A stretch of 64,000 bases of DNA from positions 18,194-82,193 of the forward strand of contig CAJJAV010000026.1 of assembly GCA_905182125.1 (NCBI GenBank), given 5' to 3'. The position numbers were made by a program, and so were the translations under genes. The stretch comes from an uncultured Candidatus Poseidoniales archaeon. GTDB taxonomy: Archaea > Thermoplasmatota > Poseidoniia > Poseidoniales > Poseidoniaceae. Below, piece by piece: positions 31,466-40,981 of this stretch. The first letter of the stretch is position 1. Every line of letters begins with the position of its first letter. The notes beneath the pieces were generated by a model. The model was given only the letters and a program-made list of their open reading frames with translations, did not search any database and was not told the DNA's origin.

Positions 31466-33598
31466 TTATTGTGGTTGTTGTATATGGCTCCAACCGAGCA
31501 AACGGCCTTCATTGGCATCAGCGAGCAGGTTCAGTTGATTGGTCCACCCGTCGTTACCGTCCCATGAGCGCGACATATCGATTGAGACCGCTCCATCAGC
31601 ATCGCTGGCAAGGCTCGAAAGAATGGAGTTAAGTTCGCCGCCAGGAACAACGACAAGATAGCCAACCCTCACGTCGGCTTGGTACGCTCCATCAGCAGTG
31701 AAAAAGAGATCAGGTCCGGACAGTTGGCCGAACAAGGCGCCGTCAGACAGCCTTTCTTCCATCCCAGATATGTTCAATGTGGAAGGAATCGCTTCTCGAT
31801 TATGGGCTGCAGGGTCGTTGAGTGACGCCCTTTCCCAATACTCACACGTGGTTTCGCTTGGGGCTCCAGTAAGGTTGAATTTCACCCACCCGGCCTGTTC
31901 ATCTGTGTCCACCCAAGACATGTTCCACTCGCTTCCTTGAGCGGTGTCTACAGTCGTTGCACGCCATACATACCCACCGTTTTCAAGTGCGCTAGCAGCG
32001 CCGGCAGCAGCGCCTTGGAAATAGTCGAAGCATTGGATTGCTTGTTCAAAGGTGTGTGTTCTCATCGTTGAATCGTCAGGCATGTGAATTCCATTTGATC
32101 CCCATGCCACCAAGTCTGAATCGTCGATTTGAATTTGATTGGCTTGCGGCCTTGAAGAATACGAACGACCCAAATCCAGTTGCTTTTGGCCGCGTTCAAT
32201 GGAGGTGCGTTCGAAGATGTGATGAAGTTCTAAATCCCCTTTAGGTAACACCAAATCGTTTAGCAGTTGTGATGTTGTTGAGCAGTCTTGCTGGTTTGTT
32301 TGGGAACTTGAGATGACGACATCGACCTTTTGCTTTGCAGCCCAGGGGTTGCCTTCTTCAATCCATAATTCCATGGTGGCTGAACCCAAACAGTAGGTTT
32401 TGATGTCTTGGTGGGTAGCAACGACTTTCCAAGCAGGGCTGTTTGAGAACTCGTCGTTACCAATGACGCGCCAATCCCAACCGTTGCTGCTGCCCAAAGC
32501 CCCTCGTTCAATCATGTTGTTACCGAGTAAATCTTCCACTTCAATGGGTTGCAGCATCATTGCCAACCCCGGTGCAAGGATGGCCAAATCACCGAGTAAG
32601 CCGCCAACGCCGTAGCTCACCGTCGTGCCTCGATAATCCGTTGGAATGGAGGGCAAGCGCAACTCCCAATCTGCTTGAGTTGAGAGCAATGCTCGCTCGC
32701 GCAATTCGGTGTACTGCTTGGTTTCAATTTGCGCTGTGCCCTCGGCACTTGTTCCAAAATCACTGCATCCGCCAATCAAACCCGGGGGGAACGTTTTGAT
32801 TTTGAAACGGTCCAGAGTGTTGCTGTTGACGCTTTCGACCGCGAGCCATTGACTGCCCATGCCGCCCTTTGCTGTGACCGCACCAAGTCGATCTGTTGAA
32901 CCCTCGGCCAACAATTGATCCGTTCCCCCATTGGTGATGGAAAGTTGCCCATCGCCTTCAAACTCCAAACTGATTTTACAAGTTTCATCATCCGAATCAA
33001 GTTGATCCAACACCAAGGAGACATACTCCTCAGTTGCCAAGAATGTGCCTTCCTTCACGGTGTAACGCATCTCGTCACCATAACGCAGCTGGTCGGCAGT
33101 AAACGGTTCAAGTTGGTTGTTGATGTAGTAATACCCTCCTGCACCAAGGATGATGAGCGCCATCAATGCAGCGGCGACCTGGGGTCGCTTGATGATCTCA
33201 ACCAAGGTTGCTGGTTTCGCGTTTGTAGCCGAAGTCTTGGACCTTGAGGTAACCTTTGGCTTGACCGAGTCAGAAACCAAATCGGCATCGAGGATTTCGG
33301 CTTCAAGAATGTCATCATCCTCTTCTTGAGGTGTTGCAACTTCTTCTGCCTCTTTTGGTGGTTCGATTTCAGGCGTGAGGGTGTCCTCGTCTTCCATAGA
33401 GAGGACCACTTCGTGCTCTGTTTTTTTGAGAGGGGCCGTCTTTTTGATTTCTTTGAGCCCGACATCGCCCCGGGACAAGCCCGATTCCAGCAACCGATCG
33501 ACTAAATTACTCTTTTTTCCAGAGGTTGCTAAATCGTTAATGATGCACAGGGCCTTCAGTTTCGCAACCGTCAAGGTCGATGTGACATCATCGCTCAT
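31466..33598 (-). CDS. SAP-domain protein with single TM and large extracytoplasmic domain
   Basis: LTVAKLKALC...DLATSGKKSNLVDRL (SAP), acidic linker, TM VAAALMALIILGAGGYYY. Confidence 0.75.
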   Translation of the reverse strand: MSDDVTSTLTVAKLKALCIINDLATSGKKSNLVDRLLESGLSRGDVGLKEIKKTAPLKKTEHEVVLSMEDEDTLTPEIEPPKEAEEVATPQEEDDDILEAEILDADLVSDSVKPKVTSRSKTSATNAKPATLVEIIKRPQVAAALMALIILGAGGYYYINNQLEPFTADQLRYGDEMRYTVKEGTFLATEEYVSLVLDQLDSDDETCKISLEFEGDGQLSITNGGTDQLLAEGSTDRLGAVTAKGGMGSQWLAVESVNSNTLDRFKIKTFPPGLIGGCSDFGTSAEGTAQIETKQYTELRERALLSTQADWELRLPSIPTDYRGTTVSYGVGGLLGDLAILAPGLAMMLQPIEVEDLLGNNMIERGALGSSNGWDWRVIGNDEFSNSPAWKVVATHQDIKTYCLGSATMELWIEEGNPWAAKQKVDVVISSSQTNQQDCSTTSQLLNDLVLPKGDLELHHIFERTSIERGQKQLDLGRSYSSRPQANQIQIDDSDLVAWGSNGIHMPDDSTMRTHTFEQAIQCFDYFQGAAAGAASALENGGYVWRATTVDTAQGSEWNMSWVDTDEQAGWVKFNLTGAPSETTCEYWERASLNDPAAHNREAIPSTLNISGMEERLSDGALFGQLSGPDLFFTADGAYQADVRVGYLVVVPGGELNSILSSLASDADGAVSIDMSRSWDGNDGWTNQLNLLADANEGRLLGWSHIQQPQ

Positions 33599-33696
33599 GT
33601 TTGAACCCCAACCATAGCGTGACGGCTATCCCTTTCAAGGGTGGCGCTCGATGAGCAGCCTCAAAGTACGGTTTCCATGCTGTGAACAGAAGGCGT

Positions 33697-34737
33697 TCAT
33701 TCTTCATGCGGAGCGTAACTTCCATCCTCGTTTTGAACATAGACGGTCTGTTCGTACGACCCATCCGCTAATTTAGCAAAGAAGAAACCATTCTCAGTTG
33801 GTTCATAGGTCACGCCAGTTGCATCAACCGGCTCAACAGCAAGCGATGATTCAACCGCTGTTTCCTCCGCCACGTTTTCTTCTGGTGGCGGGGATGGAGC
33901 AGCTGCATCAGGAGGACCACTTGGGCCTGATGACCCTGGTGGGCCAGAGGGACCTGAAGCACTCGGCGGTCCTGCTGGACCGGCAGTAATGCGATCGTTT
34001 GCAATCGTTGCAAGCACCTTGGTTTCAGTGGTTTCAAGATCGCCTTCAAGGAGTTCCTTGACGGATTCCCCGTGCCTCTGCGCTCCAATGAAGGCAAAAG
34101 CAGAGAGGCCTAAGCAGATCAAGCCAAGGAATCCTGCAATGACTTGGTTTGGATAGACTGCGCCTTCGATGGTCATGCTCGTGCCACTGGTTCCGATGTT
34201 GGCACCATTGCTGTCGACAAACTGAACGATGACGCAGTAGTGGCCAGGATCAAGTTGGAAATTAAACGTGTATTCTCCACCTGCTACAGGTGTATCTTCA
34301 TGCAATTCATATTGGTAACTGTGGTCAGTTCCATCGCGGGCAAGTTCGGTCTGAGTGCCCAAGTTTTGTCCGCAGTCCTTCTCCCCGAGGGCATAGGCTG
34401 CAAGATGAACATCGGCCGCCGCTGGTGGATTTTGCACCTTTACATCAATCGTCAATGGGACGTCCATGAAGTCTTCACCGGGCAGTGAAGGTCCCCAGAC
34501 AAGACCAATGTCCGTTTCAGCCGAGTTCGTAAATCCATCATAGTCCTCATCAAATGACATTGGGAATAAAGCAAAACCAAACATCAAAACAGCGATACCG
34601 AGCCATAAAAAAACATTCCACCGCGACTGTTTCAAAGCCTCTTGGCGCTGTTCAAGCGTCATCGCCTCCGCTTGCTCATCTCGGTCGATATCAACAGCGA
34701 GTTCGGCCGCAGAGCCGTCGCCCTGTTCTTCTGACAT
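33697..34737 (-). CDS. Hypothetical 2-TM protein with Pro/Gly/Ser-rich tail
   Basis: GP.GPP repeats and a small beta-rich C-terminal module. Confidence 0.62.
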   Translation of the reverse strand: MSEEQGDGSAAELAVDIDRDEQAEAMTLEQRQEALKQSRWNVFLWLGIAVLMFGFALFPMSFDEDYDGFTNSAETDIGLVWGPSLPGEDFMDVPLTIDVKVQNPPAAADVHLAAYALGEKDCGQNLGTQTELARDGTDHSYQYELHEDTPVAGGEYTFNFQLDPGHYCVIVQFVDSNGANIGTSGTSMTIEGAVYPNQVIAGFLGLICLGLSAFAFIGAQRHGESVKELLEGDLETTETKVLATIANDRITAGPAGPPSASGPSGPPGSSGPSGPPDAAAPSPPPEENVAEETAVESSLAVEPVDATGVTYEPTENGFFFAKLADGSYEQTVYVQNEDGSYAPHEE

Positions 34738-34792
34738 GAATCCCCCTGTTCAGGGCGAGCACTTGAAAGGCGCGTTCCTTCGTCGCCCGAAT

Positions 34793-36034
34793 ATGAGCAT
34801 GGGTGGCGAGGGTCACGACGCCAACGACGCGTCAGAGTCCAGTCTCCGGCTGGCGATTCTTTCCAGAGGGCCGCGATTGTACAGCACTCGGCGCTTGGTC
34901 GAGGAAGCTCGAAAGCGGGGATTGGACCCCTATGTGGCGGACCCAATGAAGTTCTCATTGTTTGTTGCCGATGGTCGAATCGATGTGCTGCACAACGGGG
35001 AACCGTTCAATTTTGATGCGGTCATTCCCCGCATTGGCCATTCGATCACGAAACACGGTGTTGCTGTTTTACGCCACTTAGAGCAGTTGGGCATCTGGAC
35101 GGCCAACAGCGGTGGCGGTATCCTACAGAGCCGCGATAAATTGCACGCATCACAAATCCTGGCACGGAATCGACTCCCAGTCCCAAGAACGACCTATGTT
35201 CGAGACATCATTGATGTCGAAACGGCTGTTGATTTCGTCGGTGGCCTTCCTGTGGTCATCAAAGTCACACAAGGTACACAGGGCCAAGGTGTGTTCTTGC
35301 GCCACACCCTGCGAGAAGCAAACAACCTCGTGCAAGGGCTGCTGCTGACCGGGCGTGCCGTGCTCGTCCAAGAGTACATTGCAGAATCTCACGGTAAAGA
35401 TGTGCGAGCCTTGGTCGTCGGTGACCGGGTTGTTGCAAGCATGCGTCGTCGAGCACGTGGGCGAGAATTCCGCTCGAATTACCACCTGAATGGAACGGTC
35501 GAGAAGGTGGATTTAGCTCCCGAATTTGTCGAAGCCGCATGCCGAGCAGCACGTGTCCTCGGCCTCCACATTGCCGGCGTTGATCTGCTTGAATCAGATG
35601 ATGGACCGTTGGTGCTTGAGGTCAATTCTTCCCCCGGTCTCGAAGGCATTGAGAAAGCCAGCGGTGTCAACGTAGCCGGCGCAATCATCGACTACGTCAT
35701 GAGCGAAACTGAATTCTCAGAAGTGGATCTCGACCAATTATTACGCACCGTTCCTGGTGCAGGAGTTCTTTCACTTCAAATTCGAAACCATCCAAACGTG
35801 GTCGGAAAACCGCTTGCAAGTTTGTTCAAGTCAGAAGCCGAAATACCTGTCTTTGCTCTGTCAAGAGATAACAGGTTGATTTGGAACCCTCCGAATGAAA
35901 TACAGTTGCGTTGGGATGACATACTGGTTTGCTATGGTGAACTCACAAAGTTGAGAGCATCGCTTCGTCAAGCAATCCTCGATGTTTCATCAGAGGCCCT
36001 CGGTATCGACGGGCGCGAAGAGACCAACGCTTGA
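34793..36034 (+). CDS. rimK: RimK-family ATP-grasp glutamate ligase with C-terminal TrkA-C-like domain
   Basis: LYSTRRL, IPRIG, SRDK, GTQG.GV, QEYI.E..G.D.R, FRSN.H..G, EVNSSPGLEGIE. Confidence 0.85.
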   Translation: MSMGGEGHDANDASESSLRLAILSRGPRLYSTRRLVEEARKRGLDPYVADPMKFSLFVADGRIDVLHNGEPFNFDAVIPRIGHSITKHGVAVLRHLEQLGIWTANSGGGILQSRDKLHASQILARNRLPVPRTTYVRDIIDVETAVDFVGGLPVVIKVTQGTQGQGVFLRHTLREANNLVQGLLLTGRAVLVQEYIAESHGKDVRALVVGDRVVASMRRRARGREFRSNYHLNGTVEKVDLAPEFVEAACRAARVLGLHIAGVDLLESDDGPLVLEVNSSPGLEGIEKASGVNVAGAIIDYVMSETEFSEVDLDQLLRTVPGAGVLSLQIRNHPNVVGKPLASLFKSEAEIPVFALSRDNRLIWNPPNEIQLRWDDILVCYGELTKLRASLRQAILDVSSEALGIDGREETNA

Positions 36035-36175
36035 CTCGGCGAAGTTGAATCACCAATCAGGTGCTTTTGGCAACCGCAACATCGCGCGGTGGTTTGATAT
36101 GGGACCATACGTTACTGAAATCGCTCTTCGGAGCACGGGATGCACGCTCGCTTCGGCGAGAGGCGGTGAACGCCA

Positions 36176-37285
36176 ATGGAAAAGCGGAGAACAGAACTGC
36201 GGCAACGCAAGGCACTGAGACCAAGCCAATTGAGGCTTGACGCGTCCAGCGTCGATCTGCCTCCTCGATTGGTTCACCTCGCTGATCTTCCATGGGTGAC
36301 ATGTTACCGTCAAGCCCTTCGTGCTGAAAATAAATCCGAAAACACTCAGAAGTCTTACGCTAGTGGTTTGCGTGCTCTGGTTGAAACCACGCTCCCAGGT
36401 GAAGACGTCCTCGATCAAACGGTTTACGACACCATGAGTGTTACAGAATTAGCTGACCGTATGGAGCCTCTGAACGGTCGCCTTGACCGTTGGACCTTCT
36501 CCCTTTCCGAACTCAGACCGACGACCTACAACGCTCGTCTCGCTGCTGCGAGGCACCTGCTCAAATGGCTTGGTCATCGCTGGCCAGATCATCTGGTTCG
36601 TGCTCGAACGGGGCGCCGTCTTCCCCGAACGCTCACTCGCCGAGAGATGTCGATGGTGCTCGAAGCCTCTGCTATCAGCGAAAACCCGGTTGCTTCAATC
36701 GTCGTGACAATGATGCTCGACACGGGGCTTCGAGTCAGTGAAGTGTGCAACCTCGACATCAACGACATCGATCTCGAAGATGGTTCAGCAAGGGTGTTTG
36801 GGGGCAAGGGTGACAAAGACAGACTTGTTTTGTTCACGCGCCGAACGCTTGAGCGAATCCATGCGTGGATTCCAGTCCGAGAAGCTCGTCGAAAAGGCGA
36901 TGATTATGCCTTCTTGCTCAACTCAGCAGGCCGTCGGCTTCAACCTCGTGGCGTTCAACGTCTTATGGATGACCTTGCCGTTGATGCAGCGCTTCCTAAG
37001 GGGAAACTCACGCCTCACGTTCTTCGCCATAACTTTGCTACAGGCCTGTTGGAGCGTGGGGCGGATCTTGTCACCATCCAGCGGTTGTTGGGCCATTCCA
37101 GCATAGCCACAACTCGCGTCTACCTCGAGATTTCGGATCAAACACTCCGGGAAGTCTACCACCGTGCCCAAGCCACCAGAGAAACCCTTGAGGCCGCAGC
37201 CGAAGCCAGCGAGAATGTGCACGCTGTCGAAGAGATGACACCTTCCACAAGTGCTTACGGCGTTGAAGAATCACGTTCGCTTTGA
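36176..37285 (+). CDS. xerA: Tyrosine recombinase XerA
   Basis: TGLRVSE, GKGDKDR, TPHVLRHNFAT, LLGHSSIATT.VY. Confidence 0.85.
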   Translation: MEKRRTELRQRKALRPSQLRLDASSVDLPPRLVHLADLPWVTCYRQALRAENKSENTQKSYASGLRALVETTLPGEDVLDQTVYDTMSVTELADRMEPLNGRLDRWTFSLSELRPTTYNARLAAARHLLKWLGHRWPDHLVRARTGRRLPRTLTRREMSMVLEASAISENPVASIVVTMMLDTGLRVSEVCNLDINDIDLEDGSARVFGGKGDKDRLVLFTRRTLERIHAWIPVREARRKGDDYAFLLNSAGRRLQPRGVQRLMDDLAVDAALPKGKLTPHVLRHNFATGLLERGADLVTIQRLLGHSSIATTRVYLEISDQTLREVYHRAQATRETLEAAAEASENVHAVEEMTPSTSAYGVEESRSL

Positions 37286-37316
37286 TGTGCGCTTGAGCAC
37301 ACTACAGGCTTGAACA

Positions 37317-37835
37317 TCACTTCTTGGGCTTGAACCAAGGCATGTCACGAACGCTTCGTGGAACCTTGAGCGTCGATCCTTTTCGGTCGTTGCTCTTTTT
37401 GCTTGGAACGGTTTTGCTGCTAGCAGTTTTCGCTTTTGCAGCAGTTGCCTTTACGGCAGACTTTGCTTTTGCTGCGGTCTTTTTGGTTGCTGCGGCCGCT
37501 TTCTTAGCGGTGGATTTAGCAACAGTCTTTGCTTTGGAAGTTGATTTTACCGCGACTGTCTTGGCCTTTGTAGCGGTCTTTTTGGATGCCGATGCCGCTT
37601 TCTTAGCGGTGGACTTGGTGGTTGTTGTGGCCTTTTGTGCTGCCTTAGCAGCCGCACTGACCTTGGTTGCGATTGCAGCGCTCAAACCGGCGTCTTGAAG
37701 CTTCTTTGCACCAGCACCAGCGATCTTACTGACGGTGTCCAATTTTGCAGCAATGAGTTTCTTTGCTGTTGCAGCACCAACACCTGGCAATGCGGTCAAT
37801 GTTTCAATCTTAGAGGAACCCTTCTTCGCAGCCAT
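37317..37835 (-). CDS. HhH domain plus histone H1-like Lys/Ala/Thr-rich protein
   Basis: LTALPGVGAATAKKL HhH motif followed by 11-residue basic repeats. Confidence 0.78.
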   Translation of the reverse strand: MAAKKGSSKIETLTALPGVGAATAKKLIAAKLDTVSKIAGAGAKKLQDAGLSAAIATKVSAAAKAAQKATTTTKSTAKKAASASKKTATKAKTVAVKSTSKAKTVAKSTAKKAAAATKKTAAKAKSAVKATAAKAKTASSKTVPSKKSNDRKGSTLKVPRSVRDMPWFKPKK

Positions 37836-37937
37836 AGTCTCACTTACCCACCGATAGAAGGTGACCCACTTCAATTCTCTCCCTCTCTCATCCCCCAAAG
37901 GCGTTGCATTGATGGGTCGGTTGACCCACCGAACACC

Positions 37938-38822
37938 ATGGCAGAGGGGGGTTCACCCAACAACATGACGCGAATTTTCGCTCAAGTTTTGCGCGCAAGT
38001 GCGAGTCATAAAGTGGAACAGGAGAGTCAACTTCTGCGGCCGAAGGGATACACTCTGCCAAGCAATGCGGTTTACCTCGGTGATGTGATGACTGCGCTTT
38101 TGGCAAACCTCTCTCAACCCGACACCCCTCATTTTCCCCAGCCACCCGGGTTCAATGAGCAGCGGTGGACCTTGACAACTCAAAGTGGCCCACTTGGGAT
38201 TCGAGTGGAATCTCATGCGTATTGGGGGTTCGGTTTATTCAATTCTGGTTATCTGAATGTGATTGAATTGACCGGGCCATACGCCCAACGAATGCGATTG
38301 ATGTTTGACCTAAAAGCCTCGATAGGGCGCAACCCTTGGGAATTTCAACACCGCAATGCAGCCGTGAAATGGCTCGCTAAGAACGATCCCACATCAACCG
38401 TAGAAGGGAATGAAGCACGTTGGCGAGAAGGATTGAAAGCTGCACACCATGAGTTCGAAGCTTCAATCGAAGTGATCGAGCAACGTTCAAAAACAGTTGA
38501 AAAGCGAATGAAAGCGGAAAAAAACAGCCAGGAGTGGGTGCTGGAAAAGGCGCAGGTCGCTTTTACTTCTGCTCAATGTGATCTGGACATTGCCCGCAAC
38601 GCTCTGGCAGATGAGAACGCTCCAGGATTGGAACGAGCGCTCGCTCGCGTCGAGGCCGCTCTCATCGAAGCGGATCCGAGCACGGGCCTTCTGTCCTCAG
38701 ACTTTGACGCATCAGCCCCTGAGGAACTGCGGCTGAGAACCGAAGCCAATGAAGCACATGCAACTTCTTTTTCTGACTTGGAAATCGTCGACCTCACCAG
38801 CCCGGGTGAGGAAGAAGAGTAA
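37938..38822 (+). CDS. Hypothetical protein
   Basis: 294-aa ORF with helical C-terminus; start chosen beyond the divergent gene. Confidence 0.6.
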   Translation: MAEGGSPNNMTRIFAQVLRASASHKVEQESQLLRPKGYTLPSNAVYLGDVMTALLANLSQPDTPHFPQPPGFNEQRWTLTTQSGPLGIRVESHAYWGFGLFNSGYLNVIELTGPYAQRMRLMFDLKASIGRNPWEFQHRNAAVKWLAKNDPTSTVEGNEARWREGLKAAHHEFEASIEVIEQRSKTVEKRMKAEKNSQEWVLEKAQVAFTSAQCDLDIARNALADENAPGLERALARVEAALIEADPSTGLLSSDFDASAPEELRLRTEANEAHATSFSDLEIVDLTSPGEEEE

Positions 38823-38889
38823 TTTTCCAGTGGATTTGGCCGCCGCGCTGCGTTGATAAAGGGGAGCCATCTCGCAGAGATTGATTCAC

Positions 38890-39081
38890 ATGGCTTCCAA
38901 GAAGAAATCCGACGGCAGTGGAATTCAACAGGCTGCAGGTCTCATTCGATACTTCGATGAGGAATCTGAAGATGCTTGGAAGATCACGCCAGGACAGGTT
39001 TACTTTGCCTGCATCGGACTTGGACTCTTCTTTTACCTCGTTAACCAAGGCGTCGTTGGCGCCATCATGGGCCTCTTCTGA
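38890..39081 (+). CDS. secG: Preprotein translocase subunit Sec61beta (archaeal SecG)
   Basis: AGLIRYFDEE...KITP..V followed by a TM. Confidence 0.88.
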   Translation: MASKKKSDGSGIQQAAGLIRYFDEESEDAWKITPGQVYFACIGLGLFFYLVNQGVVGAIMGLF

Positions 39082-39094
39082 GTTCAACAACCGC

Positions 39095-39451
39095 TTAAAG
39101 CGGTTGAATCATAACGATTCGATGTTCTTTTATTGCCATGCACTTGGCAACTTTCATTGCAGTTTCCATATCGGTTGTTGCTCCAATGACTTTCTCACCA
39201 TCTTCTTCGTGAAGAATGAGTTTGTGTGTTAGATTGTGAAGTGCACCTTCTTCGATTCGTTCAAAGACCCAGTGTTCATTTTCGATTCGAACCATGGCTG
39301 GAATTTCGACCAATGGGCCCATGGCCTCACCGATTCGTTCAGTACGTGTCTTGAGGCCGCGCAGATCCCGCAGTGGACTCCAACTTCGTCGTCGTACGTT
39401 TGTTTTGACTCGTTTTTTCTGCTCAACGCCTTCTCTAAATGCTCTCGCCAT
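39095..39451 (-). CDS. Hypothetical protein
   Basis: ORF fills the gap; start uncertain. Confidence 0.5.
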   Translation of the reverse strand: MARAFREGVEQKKRVKTNVRRRSWSPLRDLRGLKTRTERIGEAMGPLVEIPAMVRIENEHWVFERIEEGALHNLTHKLILHEEDGEKVIGATTDMETAMKVAKCMAIKEHRIVMIQPL

Positions 39452-39548
39452 TATGGGTCCCATCCCTTGAAATCCTGAGATTCCAGTCGGAAGGCTTCTT
39501 GATTTGCTAATAAGAAGCGCGACGACGAACAGACCCAAGAACCCGTTT

Positions 39549-40922
39549 TCAAGAGGTCTCGTTCACTGCTAATGGCTTATGCATCAAGAGTCCAATTGTA
39601 GCAATGCATACGGGAGGGAACGCGAAGCAAATCGCCGCCAACAGAACACTGCCTGAAAGCAAAGGTAAGGTCAGGGCTGCAAGCGTTGTCACACCCATTG
39701 GGGCGATGATGAAGCCCAGCGATGGTGACCGAACGTCAGATTCGACCATCCAAGGCACAACCATGGTCCAAGCCAGTCCAAGCCAAACGCCTGGAAGAAG
39801 ATACACGCCAAGCGGCGTCATGGCCATCACGATCATGGGGGTGAACACGCCCATGGCCCGAAGCCACCATGTTTCCGGCCGAGGGGCAGCATCGAACCCA
39901 AGTGCCGGCATGAACTGAACAAGAAGCATCGACCCAATGACAGCAGTGCTCAACCAGAAGCCATACAGATTGGCCCCTGCAGGTTTGCTAAAGACAGGTG
40001 AAGTTTGGAGCAATGAGCACACGCTCACCACCATCAGAGCAGCAACGCATGCGAACGTAGCTATGAGGGCAAAACTCCGCTGCTCTCCGTGCAAGAGGCG
40101 ACTCTCGATTTTCCGTGATGGCTGTAACACAAGCGAGAGCATAACCGTCGCGTGCAGCACCATCAGCACCACCACGATGTTGGTTGGTGAAGTCGGATCA
40201 TCAACCCAAGCTCGCCATGCCTCTGGGCCTGTCGCGATCCATGCCAGGCAAACAATGATCAGAACAAAGCATTTGATTGAGGCTTTTTGTGCTAGGTTTG
40301 CCAGATCAACATCGAGGGAGTATATGCTTGATGCAGCAAATAATTCGCCCCCAAACATCACCATGAGAGCAAAAAGCATTGGCAGCATTGCATGACTGAG
40401 CGTTGGCAGCCCGGCGGTGGTTTGTTGTGGCAAGGGGTTTGAAGCGGTGTAAGCCTGTTCAGGAAACAACACCCGTGCGGCAAGAAGCAAGCACAGGGCA
40501 CAGTACATCATCATTCGATGACGAACTGCGACTGCGGCGTCATCACCGAGCGCTTTCACAGCTGGAAGACGATGAGAGCAGACTGCAAATGTAGCTGCAG
40601 CAAAGGCTGCAATTTCGATGCCACCTTGGCCACCAAGGAGGAGGGTGATGCGCTCGAGCCACGATGCGCTTTCTGGTAAGGATTGAATCACTTCCATGTG
40701 AGAGGAATCAGCCAACAGAATCGCGACTGCTCTGTGAAGGAACAGCCATGCGAGCATGAACGGAGGTGTCCATCGAAGCAGAAGTGATGGGAGGTGACCC
40801 GAACGCCCTTCGACTCCGGAAGGCTTCTTTTCGATGGAGGCGATGACAATCCAAAGAGTGAGCAAGAGAGCCAGCATGGGGAAAAACCACGGCATGGTGT
40901 CTCCCAACATGATTTCGACCAC
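39549..40922 (-). CDS. Hypothetical polytopic membrane protein
   Basis: About 12-13 hydrophobic helices. Confidence 0.65.
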   Translation of the reverse strand: MVEIMLGDTMPWFFPMLALLLTLWIVIASIEKKPSGVEGRSGHLPSLLLRWTPPFMLAWLFLHRAVAILLADSSHMEVIQSLPESASWLERITLLLGGQGGIEIAAFAAATFAVCSHRLPAVKALGDDAAVAVRHRMMMYCALCLLLAARVLFPEQAYTASNPLPQQTTAGLPTLSHAMLPMLFALMVMFGGELFAASSIYSLDVDLANLAQKASIKCFVLIIVCLAWIATGPEAWRAWVDDPTSPTNIVVVLMVLHATVMLSLVLQPSRKIESRLLHGEQRSFALIATFACVAALMVVSVCSLLQTSPVFSKPAGANLYGFWLSTAVIGSMLLVQFMPALGFDAAPRPETWWLRAMGVFTPMIVMAMTPLGVYLLPGVWLGLAWTMVVPWMVESDVRSPSLGFIIAPMGVTTLAALTLPLLSGSVLLAAICFAFPPVCIATIGLLMHKPLAVNETS

Positions 40923-40981
40923 AGGGGTTCACTCCTTGAGCATGGCGGAAGCAAGATAGTGAGGCGGCCGAACCCCGTTGC

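Noticed and set aside
36176..37285. Tyrosine recombinase as the integrase of a mobile element
   Set aside because: Xer-like motifs, no att repeats, no adjacent tRNA or cargo genes. No dif-like site recognised in the flanks.
37324..37698. Very hydrophobic plus-strand ORF
   Set aside because: It is the antisense shadow of the Lys/Ala/Thr repeat gene.
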